Notes: generated from the letters alone by a model not told the origin. 64,000 nucleotides of DNA from Azolla caroliniana (GCA_043228905.1 JBHGNT010000008.1:3410001-3474000); one strand, 5' to 3'. Counted from the first letter of the stretch, positions 20,011 through 34,536 are shown. Numbers and translations are program-made.

Positions 20011-22883
20011 TGGCATTGGAGCATATGTTCAACCCATGAGATGCATTTATCTACTTGACCCCCTCCTCTAGGCTAACCTTAACCTAGTTCATGTTGGCTC
20101 AATTGTGCGTTGAATAACCTTATTGAGAATTTGGTTTGCCTAGATGTTTTCTTGCAGATGTTGTCTTTGAGAGCTACATAGAAACATGCAACCTGTGCCA
20201 ATTTCATTGTGGTAACATAACATCCAAGTCATCGATAATTGGAAGAGGCCATTTAGGTGGAAACATGCAACTCATGACAAAATCATCACAATTTTATAAG
20301 GGTTCAAAGAATCGGTAATTGCAGGCAGCCCTTTCCGTGGACAAATGGGTTGTCGTTTAAGATGTGGCTCAATAGTAAATCATAGTAAAAAGGGCATAAG
20401 TGTGCTTTTTTGTAGAGAAAAATGAGTGAAAGGAAAAACTCGATATCACATACACAAAGATGGAATTCAGCCAATACTAGCTAATATACTTATTCAATAT
20501 GGTTCTTGCTTGGGAGATAGCCCTTGTGTACTTGGTTTCTCCATCAATATATATTTAAATCGAGTTTACCCCTTTGAGTTGGAAAATCCATTTGTTCTTA
20601 CTCAACACAAAAGTTGTGCAATGGGACGTGATCTTGGTCATTTAAAATATAATATGTGATAATGTATGCACTAATAATAAAAATTCCAAGTATTTGGTAT
20701 AATTTTGTCAAGAATCGATGTTGACCCATTTATCAACGAACAAAAGATCCTATTTTTCCTAATATCTCACAATCACCTTTTCCTCTCTTTAGAGCACATT
20801 ACAAGCTTCATGCTTATATGCTCACTTCAACTTTTTAATCAGATTTTTTATGTGATCATCACAACTCTCTATGTAAGTGCTCATGTATAAGTACCTTTAA
20901 CCTACTATTAGTGCCTTCTCTTATAAGGATGTATGAATCAAGGTGCAAAAGATAATGATGTTGGTTTCAGGCCTATATGCTCGCTTTGCATTTTCTTTTA
21001 TCAAACTCCAATGTGTTCATCACAACTTTCAAGTGATTGTTCTCGTATTAATGCATTTAATCTATCTTAACATCTTCTCTTATCAAGGATAATAGAGGAC
21101 TAATAAGATATTTCTATGAAGTTTGGAGCTCAATAGGATAGATAGATAGATACTCCCCCACAGGTACATATGACCATGCCATGCCCACTCTACGGAAAGA
21201 GGACCCATGCAAGGTTCCAAGAGAACAATTGTGTATGTTTTTCGATATCATAAACATGCAATTAAAGGAGGGGGCAGAGTGTAAAGATAAAAGAAGTAAA
21301 ACATGAATGAAGTGTTTGACATAGGGCAAAAGTTAAGAAGAATGCCAATACAATTTGTGAAGGTCAACATTGAGGTGGTGACCCTCAAAGCACGATGAGT
21401 GCCTTCTATTCGACTACATCATTCCCTTCCTCAACAAAACCTTCTCCATGACAATCATTCATGGAAATTTTGAGGTACACTCCAAGATCCATATACATTG
21501 ATCCTCCCCTTTATGATCAATCCATCCAAGAGCACAAGTAACCAATCTTCCCCTTGGGGGGATACCATTTTATGACAACAAATACAATGAGAGATGAGTT
21601 TACCTAAAAAGGACACGAAAAATGGTCAAAGAATGTAACCAAGTCATTGATCTTCCCCTTGTGGATACACCATCCACAACCATCAAGACAAAGAGAATAG
21701 TTTGAAAAATGACAATGCCAAGTTTGGATCATTGAAAAGTTCACCCAAACACGACTCACAAATTGAAAAGTAGACGTATAGAATATGAAAGCAACTAACT
21801 CAAATGGTAAGGGAAATGCATACAAATGTGATTGAGCCCTCATTAAAGAGGCTTACAAGGTGAGCATTGTAGCACCATCTTTGAGGCGTTATTTTCATTC
21901 TCTAACCTTTTACTGGTTTGACTCTCTTAGAAAACAAGCTACCAACTTTTGTATGCCCATATCGCATTGGTCAAATCTTTTCGGTGCACACATTCGAGAA
22001 GAGTTTATAATGGTAAAATATATGTTTATCTCTTTATATTTCTCATATACATATATTAGGGAAGGATTTGTAATTGTAAAGTATATGTTTGAAGGTTCTC
22101 TTGCTAGCTAGCCTTTGGAATGCTCATTGATCCTTTGACCATTCTCTTCAACTTCTCGAAAAATCAAATTTCTAAGTTTGTACCTTTTCTCTAAATGTGC
22201 CCTCCACTAGGAGCTAGTGTCGATAAAATAATAGAATACAACACTTAGTATAAATGCTCCTTCCTAGGCATGACCTTTTTTTACAAACACACACAAACCA
22301 ACATCTTATTGTTTACATCATGAATATAGACTTCCAAAAAAAAAAACACAAATCTTGCAAATCTCTTTACAAAGTCTCCTTTGACCAAATTGTAAAAGGT
22401 GTCGTGTTAAAAGTAAAACGTGGGTTTATCTTGAATGATGCACCAAATTGAGGACCTATACATTAAGGGAAAAAAAGGAATGATAAGAAGGTTGTGGGTG
22501 TCCACACGACAAACAAGGGTTCCAAAGAGGACATGATTAATAGGGGGATAGAGAGGGCAACAGAGATACAATATTTTAACGAGTGGATTGTGTTTGTGAG
22601 CATGTGCTAAGAGGACCTTTTGAAAGTTGAACTTTGAACACAAGTAGAGAGAGAGAGAGAGATGTCAATTTTTTTATATAAATTTATATATCTTTTTTGC
22701 TCAAAACAAAGAGTTTCCCTCATCAAATTTTGAAGCAAACAAAGACAAAATAAAAGAAAAACAAGCATATTAATGGATCTATGAGAAAGATCATCTATTT
22801 TTGTGTAAATAAATTAGGACGCACTTTCTTCTTTTCTTGCATTTTTTTAATAAAAATGGTGGGGGAGAGGGTTTGCTTCATCA

Positions 22884-22923
<40 letters not shown>

Positions 22924-23494
22924 ATGACAAAGTTAGTTCATTGGTTGGGGCGAAGGCGAAATGTGAGGACCATGGGGGGTAACAACACGAAAGCTCAACA
23001 AGTTTGTTTGTTCGTCGAAATGTGTGGATCACGGAGACGTGATGCCGAAGGCTCAATCATTTCATTCATAAAAAGAAAATGTCGGGTCAGGTGCGGGGCA
23101 CCGAGACAGTTGATGTGGCATGAGAGAGAGAGAGAGAGAGATGTGACGTGGCTGTCATACATGTAAAAAAGAAAGGGGGGGGGAGTTGTTTCTGCTGACT
23201 TGGCAATAAGTGGTTGGCCGGGGAAAAGGACATGTATGCGGGCCAAAGCGCCCGCCTTTTTTTGCGGGTGATGATGTGTGGGCGGGCGGATAAAATGGGC
23301 ATGACATGGCAAAAAGGGCCTTGGAGGTGACGGGTGGATGCGATGGACGGGACGGGACGGGAGTGGCGTGATGGCGCCGGGAGAAAGAAAGGCATTGGCC
23401 GACAAGGGTGGCGGAGGCGGGGGCGGCAAGGCATGTCGTGTTGACATGGTGGTGCAAAGCAGAGGCACTTGCAGAAGAGAGAATGGGGGGTCCT

Positions 23495-26400
23495 TCAGCT
23501 GGTAGGAGGAACAGAGGTGGTGGCCAAGACAGCCGAAGTGGTGGCGGTGGCGGTGGTGGTGCTCGATCGCGCCTGCTGAATGTTGACGAGCCGAGCGTAC
23601 GGCCCATCGGCATTCTTCATGAGCTCCGCGTGCGGCCCTTGCTCCACGATCTTTCCCTCCTGGATCACGGCTATGAGGGACGCGTTCCGTATCGTGGACA
23701 GCCGGTGGGCCACCACAATGGTCGTGCGCCGCCTCATCAGCCGGTCCAACGCCTCCTGGACCACCTTCTCTGACTCCGCATCCAATGCCGACGTCGCCTC
23801 GTCCAGCAGAAGAATGGCCGGGTCCTTTAACACCGCCCTCGCGATCGCGATCCTTTGCTTTTGCCCGCCCGATAGCTGCACCCCCCTCTCCCCTACCTTT
23901 GTCTCGTAGCCCTCGGGCATCGCGCTTATAAAGCTATGGGCATTTGCTGCCTTGGCCGCCTCCTCCACCTCCGCCCCTTTCGCCGCCTCCCTCCCGTAGA
24001 GTATATTCTCATAGATGCTCGTCGCGAACAACGCTGGCTCTTGTTGCACTAGCCCTATATGTTGCCTTAGCGACTTCAAATGGAGCCTTTTGATGTCCTT
24101 CCCGTCGATCATCACTCTCCCTGCTTGCGGATCGTAGAACCTCTCTATCAGAGCGATCACAGAGCTCTTCCCAGATCCGCTCGCCCCAACCAAGGCCAAG
24201 CTGTGGCCAGCTCTCACCCTCAGTGTTAGATCTTTGAAGATGGAAACCTCGGGCCTCGCTGGATATGCAAACTCCACATGCCGTAGCTCGATGTCGCCCT
24301 TCACTGAGCTCAACCTCTCGCTATTCGGCTCTTCCGGATCGATAAGGGTTCGACGATCGAGGATCGAGAATACCGAATACAGTGCCTCTCCCCCTTTCAC
24401 AATGTCCGGGGTCATGCTTAGGGTTTCGGCGACCGCATAGGCCGTCACCATGAGGACCATGAACACCTTGAGCACTGGCCCAAAGCCACTTTCCCCATTC
24501 TTGACTAGCGTTGAACCATACCATAGCGCAAGGCCATAGCTCGAGAACATGGCCATTTGCGAGACACCATAGAAGAAGCCTGCTATGTTACCCCGCATCA
24601 GGCTTCGCCGCTCAGGTATCTTCAGTTCTTGAGCAAAGAGATCGACCACTTTCTCTTCTGCATTGAATGCAGCTACCGTTCGTATGTTGCCGATCGCCTC
24701 GCCTGATACCATGCTTGCACGCTCATGTGCACCCGCAACATCACCGGAGAAGCCTTTCATACAAAACCTCTGGCATGAAGAAAGCAAAGACAGAGAAGAT
24801 GGAAGATATGAACAACAGCCCACCATAATTTCAATGAAACAGCCCCAGATGTAATGTGATGTGATGCCATATAGATACCTCGGCTACGGCAGCGGCAACA
24901 AGGAGAGGGAACGTGCCGAGGACCACTAATGCCATTCTCCATTGCACCACAAATGCCACAATGCATGCAGTGAGAAAGACAGTTATATTTTGTACAATGA
25001 TGGAGAGTCTATCTCCTATTGCGGCTCGGACATTGGTCGCATCAGTGGACAAGCGTGTTGCAAGACGGGCACTTGAGTTCTCCTCTCGATCGAACCATCC
25101 CACCTCATTTTTCAAGATGGCTGCACAGAAACAATAAGAGTCATCAAGAAAGATCTGTGAGAGTCGAAGGAAACTATATAAACATGGCAAGGATAAAGGC
25201 TGCATTGCACACTCACAGCTGAGCATCATTTTGCGAACTCGATTCGTTAGGTTCTCTCCCATGATGCCGAAGTAATAGTATTGCACATAATAGATGCCGA
25301 GGGAGGCAATACCAGCGCCCACAAACACTAAAGAACACTTCTGAATCTCGCGGGTCATCCGTTCGTGATCTTTCTCATAGTAGATCCGAAGCATTTCACT
25401 AAGAACAACAGCAAAGATCGGGTTAAGGAGCCCTGCTAGAATAGAGCCTGCAGTACCCACCACAGCATATGGCCACTCAGGTGCATTGAGCTGTACAAGC
25501 CGCCAGTAAGTGCCTCTCGGGACATTATAAAGGCCCTCTTCCACAACAATATTGCCACCCATCTTTTGAATATCAAACTCGAATCTACTTTCGGATCCAG
25601 TGCTTAATTGATGGCTAAGCCTGCGGCCACTATTTGAGCGAAGGCTAGGCGATCTCCGCCCCGACTTCGAAGAACTAAGCCGCCCTAGAACTCCCGCCCT
25701 ACGAAAGAAAAAGAGCCCCAAAGACATCAAATAATGTGTGCATATAGCAATCTAGAAAACAATTATATGCCAAACCCTAGCTTTCGAGATTTTTACCTCG
25801 AATCCCGACTTAAGATTGTTCCATCACATGCCATGGCCATCTCCTGGAGCCTCACTAATGCAAAGTAGGAACCTGTGTTTCCCTTCCCCATTAGCTCCTC
25901 ATGGTTGCCCATCTCCACTATCACTCCATCTTGTACAACAGCGATGGTGTCCACATTCCGAATCGTGGACAACCTATGAGCCACCACAACAGTTGTCCTT
26001 CCAACCATCAACCTGTCCAATGCTTCTTGCACCACACTCTCGGATGCCGAATCTAATGCACTTGTAGCTTCATCCAGCAACAAAATCTTTGGATTCTTGA
26101 GCATTGCCCTGGCTATGGCCACTCTTTGTTTCTGTCCCCCCGACAACTGAACTCCCCGCTCGCCCACCTGTGTTTTTTGTCCATATAAATATAATCATCA
26201 TACAATATTCGTTATATTCGTTGAGCAATGCCTTATGTGCTAAAGTCCATAACAGATTATGATTACAAATGTGACGCAGTGCCAAAGCTTGTCCATTATA
26301 TTGATAACCTTAAGTTCATAGTCTAATGACACTTATCATTGTAAAAAGTATTCATATTTTGACTCTGAGATCATTACACCAACAATTTAACAAACACCTT

Positions 26401-29157
26401 TCTCCTACAAAAATATAGCTTTCCTTTAATTGATACCTGAGTCTCATAGCCATCTGGTAGTTGGCTTATGAAAGCATGAGCATTGGCAGCTTTGGCAGCT
26501 TCTTCTATCTCTGCCATTGTTCCTCCATCTTTTCCATAAGAAATATTTTGTGCTATTGTAGTACCAAACAATGCAGGCTCTTGACTAACAAGTCCAATTT
26601 GTCCACGCAACCACTTTAGTTGCAAGCTTCTGATGTCCACTCCATCAAGCAATACCTCCCCTACAACAAAAAAACTCATGGGTTAAAAATTTACATTATA
26701 TGCCCATAAACCATCGTTAGATAGAGATATACTGCATGACAAGTAAATGCATACCCGAGGTCGGGTCATAGAAGCGCTCAATTAGAGAGACTACGGTGCT
26801 TTTTCCTGATCCGCTACTTCCGACTATGGCCACTGACCTTCCTGAAGAGATCTTCAAGGAGAAGTCTCGGAAAATAATGGCATCTGGTCTGGATGGATAA
26901 CTAAAGACTATATTGCATAGCTCAATATCACCTTTCACCTCAGACAACCTTTTCCCGTCATCCATAACATGTCTATCCATGTTGGGTTGTTTTCTCACCA
27001 TCTCCAAGATCCGGAACCCCGCGGCTTTACCTTTCCCAAAGGCGGTGAGGTTCGATGCTGCCTGACCAAGTGACCTGTTACAACAAATTAAAACAAGGTT
27101 AGCTGACGATTCTTGGATTCAAATAACCACATCTAAGTTGTAAGCCATGGGGAGAGGAAGAATCGATCATACATGCCACCAATAATGACCGAGAAGATTG
27201 CCGTGATCGACTTCCCACCATTTGTTTCACCACGCCGAACAAGTATACCCGCATACCAGAGAATGAGGGCCCATGAGCAGAAGAGCAGTACGTAGCTCAC
27301 TCCCATTCCACATCCCTTAGCAAGTCCACCTTTATATCCTAACTTCCGAGTCTCTTCAAGAGTTTCTGAGTAAGAACTGATCGCCTTATTCTCACCAAGA
27401 AAAGCATAAACAGTTCGAACCTGAGCCATCGCCTGCTTGTTGGTCGAGATTATACACCAGAAATTAGAAGAAAATATGTAATGCCATGCATGAAAACCTA
27501 CAAAACATATCCTACTAATAAGAAGCAAGCCATGTATCATACAGAGTCCATATCTAATTCCATACAAGAAAACCTACAAAACATATCCTATTTAATAAGA
27601 AGCAAGCCATGTACCATGTTCAAATCAAACTTGGCTAGAGATATAATACATATGCTCATGTCATGAGTATAGAGTATCAAGAGATGATCAATGACAGTAC
27701 CTGTTCTGCAATGGATCCAGCTTCGCCGTATGCTTTCTGGCTCTTGGATGTCAACCGCGTAAGAGTGTATGCATAAAGGCCCCCTGCGAAAGCAATGACC
27801 GGAACCACAGCGAGAGTGACCAGGCACAATCTCCAAACACATGAGAAACCCACAGCAAAACCTCCAAGGAAGGTGGCCATATGTTGTATGAAATTTCCCA
27901 TCTGCAACCATAACAAAATGTTAGGAACAGCCTCAACAAGACACCTTGAGACATTCAGAATCAGGTGTTAGTACAGCCAACTCTATGTTGAGAAAACCCT
28001 AGAAGAAGAAAACACCATGCCGGCAGTGGCAACCAAGTGGTAGCATATACCCTAACACATTAGGAATACACGTGCTACCTACCAGGAAGGTTTTGCTCAG
28101 AAGAAAACTGCTTCTGGGGAGAGGATTTACCTTCTCACTGATGGCATCTTGTACCATAAGCGTATCGGTCGACACGCTGTCCATCAACATCCCAGTCTCC
28201 GCATGTGTATCGAAATAAGCCACATCTTGCCTCAGAATTGCCTCCAAGTATCGAATCCTCATCTTTATAGCTTGTCTTTCTCCGGAATGCATCCAACAAG
28301 CAACCTCTGCAGAAAAGGGAAAAAGAAGCTCAATTCCCCCAAAGGGAGTTAAGGTTTGTTGATTCATAACCACTATAAAATGCAGAGAATTTCATTCCAT
28401 GGGTATTATATGTGTGTGTGTATGTACCTGCCCACGACGAAATGAAGACAACGATTCCGACATAGACTAAGTAAAGAGAATACTGCATGCAAAATCAAGT
28501 GAATGAAATGCATTAACTTGAATTCAACAGAAACATGAAGAGCTATGGTAAATTAAAAAAGAATGCAATTATATCACACATACAGACATACAAATACATA
28601 TGTATACATATACAAAGATTTACATACACAGTCATATATGTATGTATGTATGTATGTATGTATATATGTATTACCTGGCTAACTACAGCAACCATCTTAG
28701 AGGTATCATTCTGATAAGCTCCGAATCCATTTACGAGGTTTCCAAAATAAAGGAAGAATACCGGGAGGGCAGCACCATGAGCGATGGCACTTAACACGCC
28801 AAGAAATATAAGGAAGAAATCAATGGCATCTGCAAAGCTAAAGAGTGTGAAAAGACTCACACTTCCTCCATCCTCTTTCTCTTTCTCTAAATTCTCTTTC
28901 TTCTTCTTCTTCTTCTTCTTCGTCTTCTTCTCATCTTCTTCTGCCTTTTCCTTATAGTCACTAGGTCCATTGGTAAAAAGCTCCATTGAGCCACCACTAG
29001 AAGCATCTTTAACTGCATTATCTTTGCTCATCTTCTTCTTATCATTAGGTTTCATCTTATTAGAACTCTGTTTATTATCCTCGGCTAATTCTAGCTCTGT
29101 TCTCAAAGGGCTCTGTTGATTCTCCTCATTGGAGGACTCTGCAACACCCTCTAACAT
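23495..29157 (-). CDS. ABCB: Full-size ABC transporter subfamily B (MDR/PGP, ABCB1/ABCB19-like), 11 exons, 1362 aa
   Basis: Exons 29157-28675, 28482-28428, 28306-28131, 27901-27701, 27432-27173, 27074-26755, 26660-26437, 26167-25797, 25698-25217, 25120-24879 and 24769-23495. All introns are GT-AG with consistent phases, total 4089 nt. TMD-NBD-TMD-NBD layout, with Walker A ([18 protein letters not shown]), LSGGQKQR and [11 protein letters not shown] present twice. Confidence 0.95.
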
Positions 29158-29484
29158 TGTGCTAGACAGAGCTAAAAAAAAAAATTATGTGTAAGGGGGG
29201 GGGGGGGGGGTGGTGGGGGGGTGGAGAGAGATGGAGAAAGGGAGATGGGTTGAGAAAATTCAGATTTTATGCGAGGCTATGGAGCTCTAGAAGGGCACAC
29301 ATAATTAGCCTGTCTTTAATTTCAATGAATTAGCAATGACATATCATTTAATTTAATGAATAGGATAGACAAGAAAGTTAAAAAGGATGAATCAAAGGTC
29401 ATGTTGAAAGGAAAGAGATGAAGAAGTGTGATGATGATGATGATGGTGGATGTACTGATCTCCACTCCTTCCTCCCTCTGAGAC

Positions 29485-29521
<37 letters not shown>

Positions 29522-29644
29522 AATGGTGAATTGTATGAGATTGAGGGAGGAGAAGAAGACTCAAGAGGTTGGGGCTGAGGGGACCTCAGTCAGAACTAGA
29601 CATAGGTGTACATACTACTGTGTTTGAAGAAGATAGAGACAGGG

Positions 29645-30140
29645 CATGTGTACATGCATCCCATACATGTATGTAGTACATGTATGAATGGATGTATGCA
29701 TGCAAGTATGTATGTATGTCTTGTTATGTACATATGTATGTCCTGTTATTTATGTATGTATAATGTATGTATGTATGTATGTATGTATGTATGTATGTAT
29801 GTATGTCTTGTTATGTATTTATATCCTGTTATGTATGTATGTATGTATGTGTGTGTATGCATGTTATGTATGTATGTATGTCCTGTTATTTATGTATGTC
29901 TTGTTATGTATGTATTTATATCCTGTTATGTATGTATGTATGTATGTATGTATGTATGTATGTGTGTGTATGCATGTTATGTATGTATGTATGTCCTGTT
30001 ATTTATGTATGTCTTGTTATGTATGTATTTATATCCTATTATGTATGTATGTATGTATGTATGTGTGTGTATGCATGTTATGTATGTATGTATGTCCTGT
30101 TATTTATGTATGTCTTGTTATGTATGTATTTATATCCTGT

Positions 30141-30171
<31 letters not shown>

Positions 30172-30725
30172 TATGTATGCATGCATGCATGTGTATGTAT
30201 GTATGTATGCATGCATGCATGTATATGTGTGTATGTATGCGTGCATGTATGTATATGTATGGATGGATGGATGTATGTAGCATGTATGTATGTATGTCGT
30301 GTTATGTATGTATATAAGTATGTGTGTGTGTGTGTGTGTGTATGTATGCATGTTATGTATGTATGTATGTATGTATGCATGCATGTATGTATGCATGTAT
30401 GTATGTATGTATGCATGCATGTATGTATGCATGCATGTATGTATGCATGTATGTATGTATGTATGCATGCATGTATGTATGCATGTATGTATGTATGTAT
30501 GTATGCATGTATGTAATATGTCTGTATCTATGCATCTATGTATGGATTTAAGTATGTATATGTATGTATGTATGCATGTATACATGTATGTAATATGTCT
30601 GTATCTATGCCTCTATGTATGGATTTAAGTATGTATGCATGTTTGCATGTACATATGTATGTATGTGTATGTGCTGTATGTAGGTATGTAGGTATGTATG
30701 TATAATGTATCTATTATTGTATGTA
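29645..30725. repeat. Compound (TATG)n/(TGCA)n microsatellite with higher-order repeats
   Basis: About 1.1 kb of TATG tetramers punctuated by recurring TCCTGTTATTTATGTATGTCTTGTTATG and ATTTATATCCTG blocks. It is the source of the spurious MYVC/HTYI ORFs. Confidence 0.95.
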
Positions 30726-31249
30726 CATATGCAATGAACGTATGTACTGTCATTGATTTCTATGTCTACTTCTACTGCTGCTGTAGGATAATAGTTAGGT
30801 AATACATACATTATATGCCTTACATGATTTTTGTTTTTGTTTTTTTTGTCCTTTTTGAAATTTTCAAAAATTTTGCCCTTTCATTTTTTGTGTATTTTCT
30901 TGGGTGTGTACACTTTGATATCACCACCACCACCACCCTCCTCCCCCCCCCACCCCAAACCCAAAAATATAATAATAATAATAAAGTCCTGGAAATAAGT
31001 TAAATTACTCTCTCGTCTCTCGCAAAAAGAAAAAAAAGGGTAGGGTGCCGATTAATTCGACGTACATACTGCAATAAGAATTGAGCAAATGGTACTCATT
31101 AGCATTGAAACTAAGGCATGGTTCACAATTAGTCGCGTCCACGAGGAGCAGGCTCAAAAAGCATTGGACAGGAAACATGTGGGTTAGGGCAGAGCATGTG
31201 GCTTGTTCATGTTTTCGCTTGTAATTCATTCGAGATGGAATTAAGGCAC

Positions 31250-31565
31250 ATGGTTCAAACTTAGTCCCTAGTAGGCACAAATTTGACTATACATGGTTTA
31301 GGTGGGAACTCCATGAACAATGAGACCAAGGTTTAGATGAGATTGACTATCACGTGGAAATCAATGTTTGACAAAAGTGATGATTGGACATGGAAAATGC
31401 AGGGATGGGGATGGGATGGTTCAAACATAGTCCCTAGTAGGCACAAATTTGACTATACATAGTTTAGATGGGGATCTTCGTGAACAATGAAACCAATGGT
31501 TATATGAGATTGACTACCATGTGGAAATCAATGTTTACAAAGTGATCAGACATGGAAAATGCAAG
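31250..31565. repeat. Tandem duplication of ~165 bp
   Basis: TGGTTCAAAC.TAGTCCCTAGTAGGCACAAATTTGACTATACAT...GACATGGAAAATGCA occurs at ~31251 and ~31417. Confidence 0.9.
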
Positions 31566-32604
31566 GCATAGAAACGATTGGTTGTCCTTGGTGTCAACGA
31601 CGAAAAATTAGTCAGATGTCCATATTGTGGACATGATACAAAATTATTGCTAGCCTAAACAACCTTTCTCAAACATAAACATGAAACTTGATCAATGCAA
31701 AACTTTTTAGAAACGTTTGTTATGGCTTTCTAAGTCGAATACCAAGAAGACACTCATCATATCTACCTCATCCCCCACTTCCATGTACGATGTTGGAAAA
31801 CTTAAAAGTGGCATGTTTGCATTATTTCTCTCATCATGACATGTGTAAGCATCTCATGTATATTGTACAACACTTAAATGTTTGTATAGACTGCATTGGA
31901 TATTCAAATTCATGGGTAAAAGGCTCAAAAAGTAAGTCATGGTCCTCTTTTGGGAAAGCGTCTGACAATATTGTTGTCAATGTGACCTTGTTTAAGAGAT
32001 TCCAATTCCTTATGTATATAAGGTGGCAAAGGTAGCCAATAGTCACCCCCTATCTTTTTCACTGTAGTTGTCGATTCCTTGTTTATTAGGTTGGCCAACT
32101 TTGAATGTAAGGTTAGAGGTAGATATATTTCTTCCCAATCATGAGCAACTATGTGTTCTACTTTTTGCCACAATTATGAGCTATATACACTCATCTTCTA
32201 GGAATGTGTGATTGTTGTATTCATTGATCTTATTTCATGACCCCATAATACACTCATCTTCTAGGAATGTGTGATTGTTGTATGTTTTACCTTGTGCTTT
32301 ATCATTGATCTTATTTCATGACCCCAATATTTAAAGCATCACAAACCAAATGTGAAAGATGAATTTGGATTATGATCACGTCGAACATGGGCATGCAAAT
32401 GAGGTATACATAAGATGGAATCACTAGTTTCCAATGGTCAAACATGCTCGACTTGTAAGGGCAAATGCACCCATTATTTATTGAACCATAAATTTGTGTA
32501 TAAGATTTGGTCAAATGGGAGCAAAATATTGAGTTGTGAAAATGTATCATAATCATCTCGTGCGCTTGGCTACAAAATGTAAAGCTACAAATGTGGGTAC
32601 GACT

Positions 32605-32915
32605 CATACATTGGGAAGTGGTGATACACCATAGAAGAGAGAGCATGCGGATGAGATCATCATATGCTCTTACATTGGGAAATGGTGTAAGTACATCGAG
32701 GAAGAAGAGACTTTGTGGTGATCACTATTACATTGATGAGGTCATCATATATTTGTACATTGGGAAGTGGTGGTAAGTACACCATGGAAGAGAGGACATA
32801 GTGGCCACCATTACATTGACGAGGTCATCATATACATACATCGGGAAGTGGTGGTAAGTTCACCATGGAAGAGAGGGCATACTTACCTCTATTACTTGGC
32901 AAGGTCGTCATACTC
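32605..32915. repeat. Degenerate 64-85-bp tandem repeat, 4 copies
   Basis: TACAT(T/C)GGGAA(G/A)TGGTG...GAAGA occurs at ~32607, 32671, 32756 and 32837. The intervening parts are also homologous (GGTCATCATA-like). Confidence 0.8.
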
Positions 32916-34251
32916 TCCATGTTCATAACATGAATGAGAACAATAAAGAAGAAATGTGTAGTTGGTTGTGTTCACATATTGCATTGGAATGAATATGGCT
33001 CCCTCATTACACATCTTTATTCCTTATTCATGACATTGCATTGATTATTCTCCTTCCACGGATTTGTTGCGTTTGTTTCAATCTCACTTTGAGGGTTCTT
33101 GATCATCTATCTTTTGAGTCGGCCATCTATGTTTGGTTTGTTAGATTGTGTGTTCTTGGAGGTTTATGGAACCATAAGTTGTGACCTTATGTTTTCTTAG
33201 ATATTTTTAGAACACCAATAGAAAGTGATGAATTACTGTTACAACCATAAGTGTAATTGTGCATTAGATAAGTTATTGATACTTATATGTACCTAGAAGT
33301 TGGAATTAACCAACGGTGTTCATCTTAAAGGTGGGTTATGAGGTAATGCACCTATTCTCTTTGGCCTAAACATATGTTCTTATGAGCAAGGTCCCTAGAT
33401 TTTGAAGTTGCATCATCCAAATGACAATTCAATATATTTAGAAGTATGCTTTTGCATTGTCATGTGGTCATGAACACGATGTGTGAGCAATCATTAAAAC
33501 AATATGGTCTATTGTTGAAAGTATATGGATATCACTCAAGGAAGAATAGTTGACATGTGCATATTTATTACAAAGAGATACCGAAAACATTGCAAATATT
33601 ATATTGAATTCACACTCAGGATAGAAGATAAGGTAGATTAAATGACATGTGCATGCTCTAAGAATGTCATATGGCAAGTGGAGCACCCTTCTTGTTGTAA
33701 AAGGAAAAGCTCGAGCTAAGTCAAGGAAGCTCCCAATATAGTATTATAACTCAAGGAAGTCAAGATATGCAATATAGCGTGTGAAGTGTGAGCCTCCACA
33801 TTTTCCCATGTCACGATACATTAACATCACAAAAACACATTGTTCAGACAGGAACCCATTGATGTATCATTAAGCAAGTGTGTTGCATCTCATTTCTGAA
33901 CCATTTATCTTTTGGACCTTTTTTGCTTGCGTCCATGCAATGTGAATAAGTTCTTTTAATCATGAGCATATACTTAACAACCCTTTTTATGGCCATGATC
34001 TCAATAGGAAGTGATTCCGCCTTAATAAATTGGAGGGTATATGGTGTTTCTTGATTTGGAGCATCTTTGTAAAAAAATGATTTTAAACATTTTCAAACTC
34101 CTTTTAAAAGGATTTAAAAAGGACATAGGGAATCCACCACCCCATACTTCCACCGTATAGAGTAGCATTGGTGTCACCGCAATGTCAAGACGTATTTCTT
34201 TAAGTACCCAACATTTAATTTCTCCACCATTCCATATTTTCTCAAATGATA

Positions 34252-34252
<1 letters not shown>

Positions 34253-34329
<77 letters not shown>

Positions 34330-34330
34330 G
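34253..34330. repeat. (TG)n(AG)n compound microsatellite
   Basis: Directly visible in the sequence. Confidence 0.95.
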
Positions 34331-34498
34331 CCTAGATGGATGTAGCTCAGTTGGTAAGGTTGGTAAGGTTGCTCAATGGAGATCAGGTGGTCATGGGGTT
34401 GAAGATATCTATGGTGTAATAGAGCAGTGAGAAAATTAGGTTTCGAACCCAAGATGTAGTGCTAGTAGTGTAAAAGACTTACCACTAGGGTAAGCTAA

Positions 34499-34502
<4 letters not shown>
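34331..34502 (-). mobile_element. ~170-bp tRNA-derived SINE-like repeat, copy 2
   Basis: Minus strand: TAGCTTACCCTAGTGGTAAG ... GGGTTCGAAACCT (A- and B-box-like). Plus strand: TAGCTCAGTTGG A-box at 34343-34354. Flanked by GA tracts. Confidence 0.55.

Positions 34503-34536
<34 letters not shown>

Noticed and set aside
21340-21860. Possible Copia pol relic
   Set aside because: Only a vague EPS-like motif; no diagnostic RT or integrase motif.
22837-23909. Overlapping 100-157-aa ORFs at the ABCB 3' end
   Set aside because: Expected in GC-rich, stop-poor DNA; no recognisable domain.
29606-30811. Many MYVC/HTYI-rich ORFs
   Set aside because: Artefacts of the stop-poor TATG microsatellite.
34341-34420. 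tRNA gene
   Set aside because: An A-box is present, but there is no cloverleaf and no intact B-box on that strand. Treated as SINE-like.
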